Shown: one piece after another, positions 60,946 through 64,000 of the stretch
Layout of the letters: every line of letters begins with the position of its first letter
Numbering within the stretch: the first letter of the stretch is position 1
Source of the DNA: Acidimicrobiia bacterium
GTDB taxonomy: Bacteria > Actinomycetota > Acidimicrobiia > Spongiisociales > UBA5794
Length of the DNA: 64,000 nt
Assembly (NCBI GenBank): GCA_030066875.1
Contig: JASJAS010000001.1
Span: forward strand, 20,923 to 84,922
Direction of reading: 5' to 3'
Translations under genes and position numbers: made by a program
Notes under the pieces: generated by a model
What the model saw: only the letters and a program-made list of their open reading frames with translations
Told to the model about the DNA's origin: nothing
Databases searched by the model: none

Positions 60946-61227
60946 TTGTTCGCCCGTTTGCTCGAGGTGCTGGACACAGAAGACCTGTCTTGGCACGACC
61001 TTGCCAACTGTCGGGGTGCCGACCCTGATCTCTTCTTTCCAGAGCGGGGCGCCTCGACCCGCACTGCCAAATCAATCTGTCGTCAATGCGCCGTCCGAGA
61101 TCAGTGTCTCGAATTCGCCATCGTGTCTAGTGAGAAATTCGGAATTTGGGGTGCGATGTCAGAACGGGAGCGGCGCAAGATTCGGCGTGAGCGCGCCGAT
61201 GCCGAAAAACGCCGCAAGGTGTCGTAG
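60946..61227 (+). CDS. WhiB-family (Wbl) [4Fe-4S] transcriptional regulator
   Basis: It has the four-Cys pattern 'C...C..C.....C' ('ANCRGADPDLFFP...CRQCAVRDQCLEFA') and the G[IV]WGG-like motif 'GIWGA'. The start was taken at the TTG at 60946 with a GGGAG RBS. A possible TTGACA-N17-TTGAAT promoter lies at 60879–60907. Confidence 0.7.
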   Translation: MFARLLEVLDTEDLSWHDLANCRGADPDLFFPERGASTRTAKSICRQCAVRDQCLEFAIVSSEKFGIWGAMSERERRKIRRERADAEKRRKVS

Positions 61228-61308
61228 CCAGCAGCTCGAACCGTCAACCAACGCCAATTCAACACTCGCGGGGTCGTCTACCCTCTGCGTCGGTATCAAT
61301 CGAGCTGG

Positions 61309-62229
61309 ATGGAAACTGTGATAGGTGGGATTGTCGTTGTCGTCGTCCTGGCGGCGGTCGTTGTCTTCCTGCTGCTGCGGGACCGGCAACGGACCAATGC
61401 AGGAGACGCCGCAACCGGCGAGGTGACCGGCCTGGCAGGCCGGCGCCCGAGTGCGGACTTCCACATCGTGAGCAACGAGGCTCTGGTGACTTTCGATGTG
61501 CCGCTTCCCTTGGAGGGGGCCGACCCGGTGCTGCGCGATCTGCTCCTCCACCAGGCTGTCGAGCTGATGCGCGATCGAAAAGCCCGCGGTCAGCCGCTGG
61601 AAGGAATCGAGGTCATTCGCGTTTTCGGGATGCGAGCCGGTAGCAGAGGTGAAGTGGGAGTGCTCGAGCTTACGGAGCTGAACGAGCTTCCCGAGGTGGC
61701 GGTGCCGATTCCGCTGGCGCGTACGGTTGCCGAGGATCATGACCCGCTGCGCTCGATCGGCGAAACGGACATCAAGAAGATCATGCCGCTCAGCGACGCG
61801 ACGGCCCTCGATCAGCTTGCTCCGATTGGCTCCGATATCCGTCTCACCGCAGGAATCGCAGCCGGTCTGCGCTCCATGGGTATTGACCCCGATGCGATGT
61901 CTGTCGATGAGCTCGGGCTCGGGTTGCTCGAGTTGGCCGGCTACCAGGTCAGCGGCCGCGGGGACGGAACCTATGTTGCTTCGGGAGGCGGATCGAGTTC
62001 GTTTGTCTACTTCGTGGTTCATGACGCTGGCTCCTATCCCGAGCTCGAGGCCAGTGCCATGAGCGAGTTTCTGGTTGGCTACGCCGGAGCGCGGACCGAT
62101 CGGGGGCTGCTGATCACTGACAAGTACGGGCCTTATGCGGTCTACGAGAAAGAGCGGTCCAACCCCAACTGCCGGTTTATCACCAGGGAACGACTTCAGG
62201 CGTTCGTTGATTCGATAGCACTGTCCTAG
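61309..62229 (+). CDS. hypothetical membrane-anchored protein (N-terminal TM helix, uncharacterised cytoplasmic domain)
   Basis: I do not recognise a family. The hydrophobic N-terminus is 'IGGIVVVVVLAAVVVFLLL'. I prefer it over the longer antisense ORF because of its start context and its position between whiB and tatA. Confidence 0.4.
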   Translation: METVIGGIVVVVVLAAVVVFLLLRDRQRTNAGDAATGEVTGLAGRRPSADFHIVSNEALVTFDVPLPLEGADPVLRDLLLHQAVELMRDRKARGQPLEGIEVIRVFGMRAGSRGEVGVLELTELNELPEVAVPIPLARTVAEDHDPLRSIGETDIKKIMPLSDATALDQLAPIGSDIRLTAGIAAGLRSMGIDPDAMSVDELGLGLLELAGYQVSGRGDGTYVASGGGSSSFVYFVVHDAGSYPELEASAMSEFLVGYAGARTDRGLLITDKYGPYAVYEKERSNPNCRFITRERLQAFVDSIALS

Positions 62230-62332
62230 TGCCCCAGCCGCTAGGGCTTGCCCGTCGGTGCGAGTAGACTCATGAGAGGCTTGGTAGAGCGCTCGTTGTA
62301 ACGCGCCCAAGCTGAACAAGGAGTCAACAAAA

Positions 62333-62506
62333 GTGTTCAAGAACTTCCAAGGCTGGGAGATCATCGTTGTTCTGGTGATCATCCTGCTGCTTTTCGGTGC
62401 ACGAAAGCTGCCCGATCTTGCCCGCTCGATTGGCGCGTCGGCGAAGGAGTTCCGCAAGGGTCTCGACGAGGGTGTCGACGAAGACGAAACGGATGAGCCC
62501 AGCTGA
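62333..62506 (+). CDS. tatA: twin-arginine translocase subunit TatA/E (57 aa; below ORF-track cutoff)
   Basis: The translation is 'MFKNFQGWEIIVVLVIILLLFGARKLPDLARSIGASAKEFRKGLDEGVDEDETDEPS'. The RBS AAGGAG lies at 62318–62323. Confidence 0.7.
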   Translation: MFKNFQGWEIIVVLVIILLLFGARKLPDLARSIGASAKEFRKGLDEGVDEDETDEPS

Positions 62507-62706
62507 GCTGAAGAAGCTGCTGGGTTCAGCACATCGTTACGAAGCGAGGCTCGTCAGCTTCGTCCAAGCTGTTAGAGCCAGATGTTGTGACGAAGAAAGT
62601 GGAGCTTGCTCCCTTTCTTCGCCCTACTCGAGTGTGAAACGCTCGGGTAGGCGGGAACCGGATCTCGCTCCCGAGCGTTAGCTGACCTAGGAGTCCGGGG
62701 AAGGCC

Positions 62707-63216
62707 ATGGCCGAAGAATCGACCCCTACCTGGGAAGACGTTGCGCGTGTCTATGGGCGCAAGATCTACAACTTTGCCTATCGCCTCACCGGAAACCCGG
62801 ATGACGCCGCGGACCTCGTTCAAGAGGTTCTGCTCCGGGTTCGCAAGGGCCTTTCTTCATATACTCCCGGCTCCTTCGACGGGTGGCTGTGGCGAATCAC
62901 CAGAAACGCCTTCCTGGACGATATCCGCAAGAAGAAGCGGCGCCCCACCAGCCCGCTGCCTGAGGACGAACGAAATATCGCGGCGGCGAGTCCTTCCCCC
63001 GACGAGGTTCTTGCTTCGGTTCGGCTCTCCGAGGACATCCAGAGTGCACTGCTCAAAGTTCCCCTCGACTTTCGCGAGTGCGTCGTCTTGTGCGATGTCG
63101 TCGGCCTCACCTACGAGGAGATCTCAGAAGCGGTCGAAGCTCCGGTCGGAACCGTCCGCAGCAGGATCCATCGGGGACGCAAGATGCTCCGGGAGTTGTT
63201 GACATGGCCCGTGTGA
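62707..63216 (+). CDS. ECF-type RNA polymerase sigma factor (SigE/SigH-like)
   Basis: Region 2 reads 'DLVQEVLLRVRKGLSSY...'. Region 4 carries the HTH 'LTYEEISEAVEAPVGTVRSRIHRGRKML'. Confidence 0.85.
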   Translation: MAEESTPTWEDVARVYGRKIYNFAYRLTGNPDDAADLVQEVLLRVRKGLSSYTPGSFDGWLWRITRNAFLDDIRKKKRRPTSPLPEDERNIAAASPSPDEVLASVRLSEDIQSALLKVPLDFRECVVLCDVVGLTYEEISEAVEAPVGTVRSRIHRGRKMLRELLTWPV

Positions 63217-63824
63217 CGTCTTCCAACTCGTGTGCTACCGCCGAATTGGTGTCCGCCTATCTCGACGGCCAATTGCAGCCGGGTGAACTCGACATGGTTG
63301 TGGAGCATCTCAACGGGTGTGCCGATTGCATCGGCGAGTTCCACACACTCAAAGACATCAGGGCCGCATTGCGAACGCTGCCGCTGCTGGAGGTGCCGCA
63401 GCGATTGCTTCCCGATACCCATCCCGGCGAGCAGCTGTCTGCGTATCTCGATGGTCAGCTCACGACTACCGAATACGACTTCGTCAGCTCTCATTTGGAC
63501 TGGTGTACCGACTGCAGGCTGGAACTGCATGAACTCGACGCCGCTCGAACTGCGGTCCGCTCTCTCCCCGGGCTCGAACCGCCGGAGTTCTTGTCGGTGC
63601 ACCGGGAACGAATCGAACGCGAACGTTGGACCAGACGTCGAGTGGTAACGGCCGGAGTCGGCATCGCCGCGGCCGCCGCGCTGTTCTTTGCCACGTTCGG
63701 ACCGTCGTCTGGATCCGCGGGTGATCTGGACATCAATCCCTTCTTCGACCAGCACCAGGCACGCGTGTCGGTTGAGGCCGGGATCAACGTCGTCCCCGCG
63801 ATCGCGCCGGGAGCGACACCTTGA
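63204..63824 (+). CDS. zinc-finger (zf-HC2/ZAS-type) anti-sigma factor with single TM helix; ZAS module duplicated in tandem
   Basis: 'C..AELVSAYLDGQL...EHLNGCADC' is followed by a second 'EQLSAYLDGQL...SHLDWCTDC', then the TM helix 'VVTAGVGIAAAAALFFATF'. A 13-nt overlap links it to the sigma gene. Confidence 0.75.
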   Translation: MARVTSSNSCATAELVSAYLDGQLQPGELDMVVEHLNGCADCIGEFHTLKDIRAALRTLPLLEVPQRLLPDTHPGEQLSAYLDGQLTTTEYDFVSSHLDWCTDCRLELHELDAARTAVRSLPGLEPPEFLSVHRERIERERWTRRRVVTAGVGIAAAAALFFATFGPSSGSAGDLDINPFFDQHQARVSVEAGINVVPAIAPGATP

Positions 63825-64000
63825 AGCGCCTGACGATTCGCTCGGCCCTTCTGTTCTCCCTCAGCGGGTTGTTGCTTGCTGGAATGACCACCGCAGCAGG
63901 CGCAATCGAGTTGGAGGACTACCTCGCAGACGCCGAAGGCGCGAGCTACGCCGGCCGGCAGGCGACCTGGTGTAGGTACGGCGGTCAGACGCAGTTCAAC
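63821..64000 (+). CDS. hypothetical secreted protein, 3' partial (signal peptide)
   Basis: A TTG start overlaps the anti-sigma stop. The signal-like N-terminus is 'LKRLTIRSALLFSLSGLLLAGMTTAAGA'. The ORF runs off the window end. Confidence 0.3.
   Translation, partial: MKRLTIRSALLFSLSGLLLAGMTTAAGAIELEDYLADAEGASYAGRQATWCRYGGQTQFN

Noticed and set aside
61159-62532. 457-aa minus-strand ORF
   Set aside because: It overlaps the plus-strand hypothetical gene and the clearly real tatA. It has no motifs and is judged a GC-driven artefact.

Overview
This is a high-GC window with typical actinobacterial gene order. Most of it is conserved chromosomal core whose order matches Mycobacterium and Streptomyces. 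The core runs yjeF_C–alr–(DmpA-like peptidase)–udg–tsaE–tsaB–rimI–tsaD–M50/CBS protease–groES–groEL, then guaB-like–guaA, pcrA–sucC–sucD–purH–icd–mdh–hup, and sdhC–sdhA–sdhB next to a whiB-like gene and a tatA–ECF sigma/anti-sigma cluster. Several accessory modules are embedded in it. (1) A Tat-exported three-subunit molybdoenzyme of Phs/Psr/Fdn type is followed by a lipoprotein with two rhodanese domains. (2) An iron-uptake island carries a DtxR/IdeR-family regulator, an FbpCAB-like Fe3+ ABC importer and feoABC, with a recurring IdeR-box-like motif. (3) A complete NAD-linked bidirectional [NiFe] hydrogenase, hoxEFUYH plus the hoxW protease, lies on the minus strand, flanked by an ArsR–SRPBCC fusion and glpD, with no hyp maturation genes in the window. 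(4) A translationally coupled S9 peptidase–PLP decarboxylase–DUF2007 trio. (5) An orphan CheA–receiver hybrid kinase with a long Pro/Ala-rich linker. (6) A citramalate-synthase-like gene preceded by an Ile-rich leader peptide and an intrinsic terminator. I found no tRNA or rRNA genes, no CRISPR array and no transposase or integrase. The 6-frame track contains many long antisense ORFs that are artefacts of high GC. One real small gene, tatA at 57 aa, falls below the track's length cutoff. Gene starts are often GTG or TTG and sit in 4-nt overlaps (GTGA or ATGA), so several starts were moved away from the track coordinates.
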